Positions 24,330-35,933 of a stretch of DNA of 64,000 nt are shown piece after piece (position 1 is the stretch's first letter; every line of letters begins with the position of its first letter). The translations under genes and the position numbers were made by a program. The DNA is from Octopus sinensis (Eukaryota), in contig NC_042999.1 in the NCBI RefSeq assembly GCF_006345805.1, positions 156,984,001-157,048,000 on the forward strand, written 5' to 3'. The notes beneath the pieces are model-generated. The model saw nothing but the letters and a program-made list of their open reading frames with translations. It ran no database searches and was not told where the DNA came from.

Positions 24330-25165
24330 TGCTTCAGAATAGTTGGTTATATGTGTGGCTAACAGCTTTCTAAATATTTAGCCAAGATTTGACTACTGAG
24401 GAATGTTACCCCTACAAAAAGCCTAACTAAGTGTCTTTATGTATGTATAAGTATAAATTAAAACTACCTCATCACTGCTAATCAAAAATATAGTCAGTAA
24501 CAGTAGCAGTAGGATCTCAACAATATCGTCTAGCAAAAAATATCTGATCAAGCAGCACCAATCTATAAAACCCTACAAAATGAATTGATTAATAAAAGAT
24601 AAACTGCAATACAAATCTAAGACGCCACATATGAATATGAAACAAAAGAAAAATAGAAATGTTAGCTAGTTCAACCCACTGACAAATATAACAAACACAC
24701 TAATGAGCAAACACTTCCCAACAGAACATAAATATTACAAATTAGTCAAGAGGTGCAATGCAAAATTTAGTCACAGCTGTACAAAAGATATAAAGTACAT
24801 CTTACAATCACTACACAACAGCATATAAAACATGCAACACTTAGCCACAAACTCATATAACTACACTAAAACAATGATATGCCAGTAACAAGGAAGCCAT
24901 TTGCAAAATAACTAAAACATAGTCTACAATGCAACAGTATCACATGATAAACAAAAAGATAAATAAACTACACAGGCACCACTATTAGAAACACAGCATG
25001 CACACATTTCATAATATATGAAAAAGAATCTCAACACCATTGTCTAATCTGGGAGGAAAAAGAAAATAATCGCAATTATAAAATGGGAAATAATAGACTG
25101 TGCACCATTATGCATAAATTGTTCTGGAACCTGATAACTGTGCACCTCGGAAAAGGACAGCTTAA
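24330..25165 (+). mobile_element. Penelope-like element remnant, Naiad-like (RT C-terminus, linker, GIY-YIG)
   Basis: Frameshifted peptides PYKKPN, SRISTISSSKK..DQAAPIY, FNPLTNIT..KHFPTEHKYYKL..NAKFSHSC, NIVYNATV, YTGTT and KWEIIDCAP..*(TGA)*LCTSEK. Confidence 0.8.
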
Positions 25166-25318
25166 TCCTCCAAAATACACTCTAAACAAGAGAAATATAT
25201 CATATCACACGCATATAATCTGGTATAAACAGTGTGGTTAGATAATACAGTTCTATATTTAAGAGATGAGGAATTATGTACATTATTTACATTTGACGAA
25301 TTCATCTTGTTTGTTTTT

Positions 25319-25364
25319 AACACAACGTTTCGGCTGATGTACTTTCCAGCCTTCATCAGGTGTC
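25319..25364 (-). ncRNA. Minimal type I hammerhead ribozyme (PLE type)
   Basis: GACAC CUGAUGA A GGCUG-10nt-CAGCC GAA ACGU U/GUGUU: helix I GACAC:GUGUU, 5-bp helix II and palindromic ACGU in place of helix III. Confidence 0.8.
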
Positions 25365-25456
25365 CTGGGGGAATCTCGAACCTGGGTTCTCATCCCTGAG
25401 GTATTTTTCCGATGTTGCTGCTGTTGTTGTTGTTCTTCTTCTTCTTCTTCTTCTTC

Positions 25457-25505
<49 letters not shown>

Positions 25506-25544
25506 TACTACTACTACTACTACTACTACTATTATTATTATTCA

Positions 25545-25604
25545 GGTCATTGCCTGAAATCTTAGGGTTAGTAGCCCGCACTCTTAACCACTAAGCCATA
25601 TGCC
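25545..25604 (-). other. tRNA-like head (A box and anticodon arm; B box apparently deleted)
   Basis: GGCATATGGCTTAGTGGTTAAGAGTGCGGGCTACTAACCC: TGGCTTAGTGG A box and a GGGCTACTAACCC arm resembling tRNA-Ser. Confidence 0.6.
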
Positions 25605-25634
25605 CGTGGGTAATTATGGAGTGAATTCTAGGGC

Positions 25635-25892
25635 TTATAAATCTAATATTTTCCTATCCTTCCTTAATACCGGTTCCCATATGCTACTATTATCGGCACT
25701 CGGTCTGCTTAGGAGGTTATTATGCCATGGCATATGTACTGCTTCTTTTAGTTTTCTTATTTTCCAGTGGTGTTATCTGTCTATTATTTTAACTTCATCC
25801 CACAGGGGAAGGTGGTCTCCGTTTTTCCATACATGATCAGCTATACCCGATTTATCAATATCTCCTCGTGTCACAACTCTGCGATGTTCCTC
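25635..25892 (-). pseudogene. PLE GIY-YIG endonuclease C-terminal remnant
   Basis: EEHRRVVTRGDIDKSGIADHVWKNGDHLPLWDEVKIIDR*HHWKIRKLKEAVHM...IWEPVLRK...L*; one internal stop. Confidence 0.85.
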
Positions 25893-25952
25893 AACAACAA
25901 CAACAATGGAAATACCTTAGGAATGAGAACCCAGGTTCGAAATTTCCCCCAG

Positions 25953-25998
25953 GATACCTGATGAAGGCTGGAGAGTACATCAGCTGAAATGTTGTGTT
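25953..25998 (+). ncRNA. Minimal hammerhead ribozyme, inverted copy with three C-to-T changes
   Basis: GAUAC CUGAUGA A GGCUG-10nt-CAGCU GAA AUGU U/GUGUU. Confidence 0.7.
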
Positions 25999-26133
25999 AA
26001 CAACAAACAAGATGAAGACAAATATCCGTCAAATGTAAATAATGTAAATAGTGTGTTTAGATGCTGTTTAGATGCTGCTCTTTTCCCATGCAAAATACCA
26101 AAGCCGTCAGTACGCGCTTCTTGAATGTACCTG

Positions 26134-26548
26134 TTTCTTTATTACCCACAAGGGGCTAAACACAGAGGGGACAAACAAGGACAGACAAACGGATTAAGTC
26201 GATTACATCGACCCCAGGACGTAACTGGTCCTTAATTTATCGACCCCGAAAGGATGAAAGGCAAAGTCGACCTCGGCGGAATTTGAACTCAGAACATAAC
26301 GGCAGACGAAATACCTATTTCTTTACTACCCACAAGAGGCTAAACACAGAGGGGACAAACAAGGACAGACAAACGGATTAAGTCGATTACATCGACCCCA
26401 GAACGTAACTGGTCCTTAATTTATCGACCTCGAAAGGATGAAAGGCAAAGTCGACCTCGGCGGAATTTGAACTCACAACGTAACGGCAGACGAAATACGG
26501 CTACGCATTTCGCCCGGCGTGCGAACGTTTCTGCCAGCTCGACGCCTT
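26134..26548 (-). mobile_element. Family D tRNA-derived SINE, dimer
   Basis: One head plus two units of about 184 bp; junction at 26314/26315. Confidence 0.88.
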
Positions 26549-27069
26549 ATCTGAATGTTAATAATCCTTTTTGCTATAAGCATGAGACCTCAAATTTACG
26601 GGGAGGCAGGGTAATCGATTACATCAGTGTCAGTACTCAACTGGTACTTATTTTATCAATACCGAAAGGATGAAAAGCAAAGTCGATCTCGGCGGGATTT
26701 GAGCTCAGAACATAAAAGATAGAGGAGAATACACTAAACATTTTATCTAGTGCGGTAACGATTCTGCTAGCTTGCCGCTTTATCTCAATGTAGAACTAAT
26801 GTCTTAAAAATGAAACTGGTTTGAAGAAACTATATGGGAGCCAGTCGTATATGTGTGTACTTATATGTATGTCAACTGGTTTTTTACTTTCATTGATAAA
26901 AAGTGCCTTGATAACTATTTGAGGATACTGTTACTAACAATGTAGAAAATATGCCCCAATAGATGACTTTAAAAAAGACTACTCACCAATGATGCCATAG
27001 GTGTTGCCAATTTGCCTAATTTACTAGAAAATATAAATGAGTGTCAGAAATATTAAATTTCTAAATATC

Positions 27070-27544
27070 TCATAGAGATATGTGTGGTGGTGGAGCGATA
27101 GAGTGGTTGTATACTGTCAACTTAACGTGACAGTCCCGTATGGGAATTACATCACTGCTGTTTAGCCCTAGGAAGCATCGACGCTTCCTGTCGGCTTCGA
27201 CACATTTCCTGTGTCCTTATATATTTACGAAGGGGAGGCAAATACCCCCAACAGCTAGGCCTGCATCTAGAGACACGCATGTTTCAGGGTCTTTGCTCAT
27301 CATCAGTCTAGAGTAGCAGAGGCCTGCTAGCTGAAGATATCTGTCTAGACTTCGTAAATAAATATATATATTTTCAGTGAAGTTTATTCACTGATCACCA
27401 AAATCTCCTTCGTAAATATATATAAGGACACAGGAAATGTGTCAAAGCCGACAGGAAGCGTCGATGCTTCCTAGGGCTAAACAGCGGTGGTGAAATTCCC
27501 TTACAGGACTGTCACGTTAAGTTGACAGTTGACCACCACTCTAT
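27070..27544 (-). mobile_element. HHR-bearing PLE-terminal-repeat-like element with an inverted partial copy
   Basis: 27098-27233 is inverted at 27407-27544. A homologue lies at 52250-52491 on the plus strand. Confidence 0.7.
27266..27312 (-). ncRNA. Degenerate type I hammerhead motif
   Basis: UCUAGA CUGAUGA UGAGCAAAGACCCU GAAA C-AUGCGU-GUC/UCUAGA; helix II is damaged. Confidence 0.55.
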
Positions 27545-29761
27545 AAATGAGTGTAGTTTCCTAATATTTTGACTGATTTTGTATATTCCTAATTTAAAAT
27601 GCTGGTGTTGATCTGAAAACATCGTAATCAATATGGCGTTGTGTCGTATTGCGCTCTCCTTGCAATACGACACAACGCCATATTGATTACATGCAGTATC
27701 ATTAATCTCAATCTGAGTATAGGTACATAATGTTAGCTCTATATAGAGATAGTGCTCAATTGAGCTATGAAGATGGTGGAGGGGAGAATGTGGTGCTTAT
27801 GTGAGACCTGCTATGCTGTACTCACAGAATGGTATATTCCATTCTATGCCAGGCTAGCTGTGCTGTAGCAGTACACAGTATGTGGATTTTCAATGTGAGC
27901 TCTGATTGGCTGCATGCAAATGGGTTCATTACTGGGGTCCGGAACTCTCGTGGGGAAAACAAATTCGCCAACGAGACATACAACAGGTGGGAGTAACAAA
28001 TCCCTAGTCTTTGCTTAAACATCTCTCTAGGATAAGGAAAAGTTTGATGCGACTTCGTTTGCATCAAACTAGATCTTATTTTTGGACAATCACATACGTT
28101 GTTCAGAGTGGGATTGGCCCTGTGCAAAGCACTTACCCCACTTTTAAGAGCTTCGTGTTTGTGTGATTATCTCTATATCACTTGTTTACGTAACGTCACT
28201 AGGGTTCGACAAATTGAGTATGAGAAGAAAGTACCAGACATAAAGATATAAGAATTGCAGTCGATATAATCGACTTTGCATCTCGGAGTAGTCCACTAGC
28301 ATAGCTACAGTTCAATATATATATATATCGCTTTGGAATTTGGTTTGCAAGATTCTTTATGTGAGTTCGTGTGTTGAAGCATATTCTGTTGTGTCTGGGG
28401 AGAGACATTCTTTTTTTTTTTTTTTGGTGCCTTAAAATTTTAGAAAAATAAAAAAGAAATAAGTGGAAATTTTACTGGTGTGTGTGTTAAATTATAAGGC
28501 ACCAAAAGAGAATGACTCTCCCCAGACACAACAAGGTCGACTTTGCCTTTCATCCTTTCGGGTCGATAAATAAAGTACGAGTTTCACACTGCAGTCGATG
28601 TAATCAACTTAATCCCTTTGTCTGTTCTTGTTTGTCCCCTCTATGTTTAGCCCCTTGTGGGCAATAAAGAAATATATATATATATATATAAAGAGAGAGA
28701 ATATATGAAAACATGCATTCTCCCTCAACTCATTTCAGAAGTTTTTTTCTGTACTGTATTTTTAATGCTAGTCACAAAATGTTGGACACTGCGATCTTCA
28801 ATGAACTTTTCTATTTGAGAGAGAAGCAAAAGAAGATAATGCGTAACGTGTGACACGTAATTTCTTAATACTCCACCACCAAGTCGAGTCCAATTTTGCT
28901 TTTTGTTCATCAGCAATGTGGATGCGTGTGTGAACATTCCTATGACTAGAATTTTGTCAAAATTTTTCCAACTTATATTTCATAGGTCAAGTTATAGAAA
29001 CCCATTATTTTTCATTACAAAGATGCCTTGTGAGGATGGAAAAGGGGGCGCACAAATCGTTATGCTTAATGAAATTTATATTGGCTTCAACTCTAGACTT
29101 TTGTATGGATGCAAAATTTTATTGACATCTCTTTATTAAAGAAAGGGAAATGTATCCCCGCCCAAAACATATACTTTTTTTAAAAGTGAGCCTGGTATTT
29201 GTCAACTTGAGAAGTACTGTCTATGAGTTAACCGATAAGGCATTTTAAATGTCACGCCTTTCCTTTTTTATATATATATATATATCTTCAGAGAATGCTA
29301 ATTGAAAGATCCATTCTACTCATAAAGATTTCCTGTGTATCATGTAACACGCACATAAGTTTACGTACAAACATCACCAGCTGCGGTATGATGAACGTAG
29401 TGTAAAACAATTTGGGTTAATGCGTATCTTGCCATGGTCTTCGGTTAGCTGATAGCTGGTTCCAACTGCCGCTCTGAAAACATTTCTAATTTCGACTATA
29501 TATAATCGTTATTCACTGTAATTATGTGCATACGAAGTCGAAAGCATTTCATACGATTTCAAGTCTTTGTGTATAATCTGGCTGATAAGGTTATGAGTTA
29601 TAAAAACACAGTCAAAATCCCTTAACAGTTGTTATACAGTTCGACAACATGCTATACAATTCGGCTTAGGAAAAATCCAGTTCATTCCAATAAAACATTG
29701 TCTTATATGTCAAAGAGTGACTGAGTGTTGTCTGTGCGTATGATTGTGTGTGTATATGTTT

Positions 29762-29801
<40 letters not shown>

Positions 29802-29917
29802 GTGTGTGTGTGTGTGTTTATGTGTGTGTGTATGTGCGTGCACGCACATACACACACACACACATGTTACTGAAAACGTGACTATGTAGATTTTACTTTT
29901 GTATTAAATATTTCATA

Positions 29918-30072
29918 CCCTAGCGTAGCTGGGAAAGGGAGGTAGGGGCAGTCCGCCGCGGGCGGCAATTTTAAAGGGGCACCCCCTTTTAGGTCTTCTG
30001 TAGGCAATATGTGTTTTTTGTGGGGTCTGGGGGCGGCAAATGGAAGGGCACTCACTCCAGTTACGCTAGTGG
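29918..30072. mobile_element. Short GC-rich MITE (hAT/Harbinger-like)
   Basis: ctagcgtagctgg ... ccagttacgctag inverted termini. Confidence 0.55.
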
Positions 30073-30090
30073 TTTCATATGTATATCTTT

Positions 30091-30127
<37 letters not shown>

Positions 30128-30379
30128 GTCTGTGTGTGCGCGCGCGATTTATATAATTAATATATCGTGCATAGAATAAAATATATTGTTTTTATTATTT
30201 ATCAACGTTTGATAAGTGTCTACGCACGAAACTCTCAGCTTCTGAGTCACTTTGTAACTTCTGTTAATAATTGACACAAATAAAAAAACAGCATGGTTAC
30301 AGCCTCTGGGCCGAAACGTATAAGATACTAATGCTTTAGGTGTGTGTGTGTGCGCGCGTCATATACATAATAAACACCC

Positions 30380-31230
30380 AACCTCCTAAGTACTTGAAGT
30401 CTTCAGCAACATCCTATTTGGAACTGCTCAAAGCAAACAGTTCAGCATCACTTGATTAGTTGAAAGACATGTATTCAGTTTTCTTTACATTTGTGTGTAG
30501 TCCTATTTTAGCAGCTGTTGTGCTTGATATTTTTCATTAGATATGAGTGCTATATCATCTGCGAAATCCAGGTGTGTGATGGTTATTGCTGGTACTCTCC
30601 GCGATCTTTGCCGGTTTATGGTGAAACCAAGGTCCCTTTCACGGTTGTCTATAGCCTGCTGCATTGCACAATCCATTACAATTGCAAACAAGTAAGGGGC
30701 AAGTGTATCTCCTTGTAGCACTCCAGCTAGTATTTGAAAGAATTCCGTTTCTTCGTCAGATGACAACTCACGAGCTCTGGTCTTCTCGTAGGTCTTTGCT
30801 ATAACAAGAACTAGTTCTGGAATGCCACATGCTCGAAGGAACTTCATTTTGTAAGGATGGATGCTGTCAAATGCTTTGCTGAAGTCCACGAGATTACAAT
30901 GGCAGGTAGCTGTCTTGATTTAAGCCCTTCTATGATACACCTCAAAGCTAACATCTGAGATGTTGTGGATCTACCTGGTCTAAATCCATTTTGATTTGGT
31001 TTCAGATGGCTATCAAGCACCGATAGAATCCTGTTGGGGATCATTCGGTTGATGATCTTGAGTGAGATATTGGACAGTGCAGTTCCTCTGTAGTTAGTTT
31101 CATTGCTGAGATTTCCTGACTTTGGGCTTGGTACCAAATCAATCTCGGATCACTGATCTGGACTTTCCTGGTTTTGAAAAACTTATTCGCTAAACCCAGT
31201 ATTATTTCATCCAGATTGCCCTGTCTAGTA
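30380..31230 (-). mobile_element. RTE/RTEX-like LINE reverse transcriptase fragment
   Basis: NYRGTAL, NQNGFRPGRST, DFSKAFDS, GVLQGDTLAPYLF and LDFADDIAL; one frameshift. Confidence 0.9.
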
Positions 31231-31333
31231 TGGTCTTCCAGTTGTATATGTAGCGAAAAACTGTCGTTAAATACATACATACATACATACATACATACAC
31301 ACGCATACAGACATACATGCATAAATACAGATA

Positions 31334-31380
<47 letters not shown>

Positions 31381-31445
31381 TGAATCCTGGCGGCCACGAT
31401 GGGAAGCAAAACGGAAAAGGATTCAACGAGAGTAATTCTCTCGAG

Positions 31446-31525
31446 CTTCTAGAATGTTCGAGAGCTTTCTGGAAACTTCCGGTTTACGTAGAAGTCGGGA
31501 ACTTCTGGTTCATTCTTTATATAAA
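31446..31525 (+). promoter_or_regulatory. Heat-shock element array and TATA box
   Basis: Seven contiguous, in-phase, alternating pentamers cTTCt aGAAt gTTCg aGAGc tTTCt gGAAa cTTCc (31446-31480, one mismatch), then TATATAAA at 31518-31525. Confidence 0.75.
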
Positions 31526-32124
31526 TTAGGGAAGGAATTTCTAAATTCGCGCCACTCAGTGTTTCTTGATTCTTCGACATGCCTGAGTCAGGCCGCCGCA
31601 CATACACACCAGTTCGCGCGCACGTTTGCCTCACTTACTTGGAGACATGTGGTTTGCAAACAGGATATGTTCATGTAATGTTACGAGCTTTCCTTCAATT
31701 AACCTTATAGTAATTGATGTTATGACTTATTACAAGCGTCTCGTGAATTTCTATTTTCTTGTTGTTACGATCAAGATGGTGACCCCTCTTTTTCTCATAC
31801 TGACTAAATTATAGTGTGTCATTTATTCGACATTACCATTATAAAATGGTGACCCTGACATCACGATATATATATATATGTATAAGGATATACATTTACA
31901 AGTGTGAACAAGAGAGACAGAGCAAGGCAGAAACAAGGAAAATGCCACTTATATTTGAACACTATACAAATATTCCTTTAAAAAAACATTTCTTTTAATT
32001 TTTCTAAATTTAATTATTTAATCGTTACAGTTGAAAAGGTCTCAAAATGACTGAAACCGGTACTGAAATGTTCTTTATAAAATTATTTTAGCATTTTCTA
32101 TTTTGACTTATTTTTTCATATATA

Positions 32125-32165
<41 letters not shown>

Positions 32166-32609
32166 AACAAACGACCTACTTATGTTTACATGTACAGGGT
32201 TTACCTGCGATTAATAATAACAACATTTATTGAAAAAAGACTGAAAATAGATTTAGTATCAATATCAGAAACGGCAGTAACATGTTGGCTTTCGTTGTGT
32301 AAATGATATTGATTATATCTAAGCATTTAGTTTTCTATACGAAACGGTTTCACGAGCAGTACGTCATTTCTTCAATAGAAAGTCAAGTTTTTCAAAACTT
32401 GAGATTCAGAGCTTGCTCCTTTCTCTACAGAAATCTATCGTAGCGTGTAGAAATATTCAGTAGTATGTCCTACGATCAAGATTTCTAACCCTACTAATTC
32501 TAATCCACGACTCCCACTTCCATCATATAAAATGCAAACATTCATAAAATATCTCCACCGTCACTGCAAGTTTTTATTTCTCTGTAGTGACCATCTGGAC
32601 GGCCTCGAT

Positions 32610-33230
32610 GAGTTTCCGGGGTCAAAATGGAGTGATTAAAAGGTAACATTTGCTCCACATAAGTGAATCAGGTAAGAAATAGCTGTAAGTAGAAAGATAA
32701 TGGTACAGGAAGAGGACTATGTGAGGTATAACGGAATCTAGATCAGAGTTAATAAAATTGTGGAATGGAGAGCCCTCTGTCAGCATATACTATATTGGAG
32801 CGACCAAAGGCGGCGAGCTGGCAGAACCGTTAGCACGCCGGGCGAAATGCGTAGCCGTATTTTGTCTGCCGTTACGTTCTGAGTTCAAATTCCGCCGAGG
32901 TCGACTTTGCCTTTCATCCTTTCGGGGTCGATAAATTAAGTACCAGTTACGCACTGGGGTCGATGTAATCAACTTAATTCGTTTGTCTGCCCTTGTTTGT
33001 CCCCTCTATGTTTAGCCCCTTGTGGGTAATAAAGAAACATATATTGGAGCGACCAGGTGAGAAGTTTTCGATTCAAAGATCAGAGATAAAGGAAATACAT
33101 AAGCAGGTATTATGTGTAAGAGGTCCTTAAGTGGTGTAGGATGTTAATGATTTCTTGAGCATTACTTTTACTGAAATACTCGATGACCAGAGACATTTGA
33201 TGTTTGTGAAGACTAACTGCTCGTTGACTC
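32610..33230 (-). mobile_element. Degenerate L2/CR1-group RT fragment interrupted by a SINE
   Basis: FISDL and YAD-like remnants on the minus strand. Confidence 0.4.
32807..33039 (+). mobile_element. Family D SINE monomer with 16-bp TSD
   Basis: TSD tatattggagcgacca at 32791-32806 and 33040-33055; B box gagttcaaattcc. Confidence 0.93.
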
Positions 33231-33926
33231 ACAAATGCATAAAATATTAACAATTTTTTGGAAAGTTTTGAGGCCTACAGAGAACTCTTTAATGACCGAT
33301 CTGTTGTCGGTCCCTGCGATAGATAATGAACTCAGTGCTTGTTTAAGAGTGTTTCCGTCCAGCGACATAAACAAGTAGGGTTTGCATGTAGCCTTACAAA
33401 ACTAGCATTATTGTGGACGGACACCCACACACACACACACACACACACATTCTCTTCCCACCTCTTTCTCCCGCCACTCTCCCCATCTCTTAAATAAACA
33501 AACACCGCATACATCAAATGTACTGGTTCTGCCGTGTATTATGAAACAATTTTTACAATAAGGAGTTTTAACAAGCACAATGATAAAATTTTGTGGGTGA
33601 GTGTGGCCGATTAAATAATCCCCAATACTCTGATATTCATTTTATTTAGTCTGGAAGAATGAAAAGGGTAACATGACCTCGGTGCCATTATTCGGATATA
33701 AGTAAATTCTGTGACATTCTACCTATAAAGACAGACTTGTTCCAGAAGTAGGCTTTTGTAAGTAACACAAAAAAGCATCTGTTAACCTTGAACTTTCTTA
33801 TGCCTACTTTTGAAGATCTATCTAATTCTCGATTTAAGTTTCTAAAAAAAAAATTAGCTCAGATTACGAAAAAAAAAAAATGTCGAAATCTAAGATGGAT
33901 GGAATAGCGGTTACACTTAAGAACAC

Positions 33927-34348
33927 AAGGCGGCGAGCTGGCAGAAATGTTAACACGTCGGGCGAAATGTTTAGCGGTATTTCGTCTGCTGTTACGTTCT
34001 GAGTTCAAATTCCGCCGAGGTCGACTTTACCTTTCATCCTTTCGGGGTCGATAAATTAAGTACCAGTTACGCACTAGGGTCGATGTAATCGACTTAATAC
34101 CTATGTCTGTCCTTGTTTGTCCCCTCTGTGTTTAGCTCCTTGTGGGTAATAAAGAAATAGAAATAGGTATTTCGTCTGCCGTTACGTTCTGAGTTCAAAT
34201 TCTGCCGAGGTCGACTTTGCCTTTCATCCTTTCGGGGTCGATAAATTAAGTACCAGTTACGCACTAGGGTCGATGTAATCGACTTAATACCTATGTCTGT
34301 CCTTGTTTGTCCCTTCTATGTTTAGCCCCTTGTGGGTAATAAAGAAAT
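33927..34348 (+). mobile_element. Family D SINE dimer inside one TSD
   Basis: TSD ggttacacttaa(g/a)aaca at 33909-33925 and 34350-34366; junction at 34166/34167. Confidence 0.92.
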
Positions 34349-35325
34349 GGGTTACACTTAAAAACATAAATATGAGCCATTGTGAAAATATCATAATTGT
34401 AGCGCTCTTACAATATCAATACTTCTCTGAAATGAATGACCTACGTACAGATTTTTTTTAAAATATGTCCTGGAAGAAAGAAGATATACTCAGAACAAAA
34501 CAATTGCAGAAGCAACAATATTTGTCTCACAAAACAGCTTACCTCCACAAGAAATGCATCTATAATTTCTGTAATATAGTCGTTAAATGCTACATGTGTT
34601 ACAATTTCTGAAACAATATACCATGTTGCACAAGCATCTCCAATATTCATAAATGCAAGGAAATTGCTTCATTTCAATGATTCAATCTAGTTTCAACTCC
34701 TTAAAGGGAAATTTGAGCAATGACGGCTCGTGTATAGGAACCGTAGAACTGCAGCACCCCCTGTTTCCACCCGATATTATCGATAACATTCAATATAATG
34801 ACTCCTTTTTTTCTTTAATTCTTTCTTTATACTTGTACATTATATAATCCTTAAGCTCAAGTAGCCATGTCCTAGTTTATGAAAATAATACAAAAATCTT
34901 TGTATAGAACTCTGCGTTTCACAGTTCCAGCGACGCGGTGTTTGGCTGTTGTGCACATGCTCACCACTCCGAGATAGGAATCTTCACGCTAGGGAGAGAG
35001 AGTAGTGCGTGAACAACAGTGCCGACCCCGGTGTTCCGGTGAAAGGTAGTGTTTCTTTTTGACTCCACGTGTGTTGTGCTTAAAAACGTGTTTATATTCT
35101 TGAATGTGATAAAAGTGTAGAATTCGATCATTATCCTGCTTCCAGTTTCAGTATTGCTGCCAGGATTTGAAAAATAGGGCACATTTCCCCCATCTTATTT
35201 TGTGATTTAGGGGGTATTTTTGAAAAACAAGGGGGAATTCGCGGCTGTGTTCAGTGAACAAATTAAACACACTACCCGGCATTGGCTAAAACGCGAACCA
35301 ATCAATTTTATGTATAAATTTTCTT

Positions 35326-35933
35326 TATATGTTTGTTTCACTTTACACAATATTAAAACAAGGGCTAAAACTTTTCTGAAGCAGCACCCCCACTAATTTT
35401 ATCTACGAGCCACCACTGGATTTGAGACAGTTATATGAACTTCTATCCGTCTTAAAAATCAATAAGGTGAAGATACTGTAGAAGCTTTGTCTAAAGATAA
35501 ACCAACAGATAGCATACATCAAGTCTAACTTCATTTTCCATTATAAGGACCGCAGTAGTGAGTGCTCATAATAGGGGAAAACTCGAACGGCTTTATTGAT
35601 GTGCTAAAATGAGAGAAGAAATGGACTCAACGTCACATTTGTAACTGATACAACTGGAATGGTACAAAATCACTTCTGCAAAGACATCGATAATTTACCA
35701 ATAACAATTGACATAAAGCCTCTTCCAGAAAGTAGCAACACTTGGATATGTAAAGAGTTCTCATGGAGTATTTATTAACCTTGTGGCACCGCTGCAAAAG
35801 AACCCGGAAAAGAAGGACGATTTCGACAACTTTATTTATGCCTTTAAATCTGCTAAATGCAGAATTCAAGTTTTGGCTAAAGTGTCGGCTTAGAAATTAG
35901 TGCATGTCGTCGATAAGGTACAGACGCGCGCTA
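35326..35933 (-). repeat. Dispersed repeat of about 610 bp, inverted relative to 63374-64000
   Basis: High identity by eye to 63464-64000 and 63374-63465. Confidence 0.85.

Larger units (their letters stand above)
25246..26050 (-). mobile_element. 5'-truncated Penelope/Poseidon-type PLE with an inverted copy of its terminal repeat
   Basis: Minus-strand order: GIY-YIG C-terminus, tRNA-like segment, microsatellite, HHR, 3' end. 25893-26050 repeats the terminal region on the plus strand. Confidence 0.85.

Noticed and set aside
27900-27925. CCAAT (reverse) plus octamer ATGCAAAT, suggesting an snRNA or histone promoter
   Set aside because: No U snRNA or histone sequence nearby; short motifs are expected by chance.
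30285-30330. GCCGAAACGUA resembling the 3' half of a minimal hammerhead
   Set aside because: No CUGANGA core upstream.
31580-31714. ATG CCT GAG (MPE...) after the HSE/TATA, resembling the Hsp90 N-terminus
   Set aside because: Similarity ends after three residues and the frame stops after 44 codons.
35633-35869. 78-aa ORF duplicated at 63528-63764
   Set aside because: The conservation simply reflects the DNA repeat; it has a TTG start and no recognisable domain.
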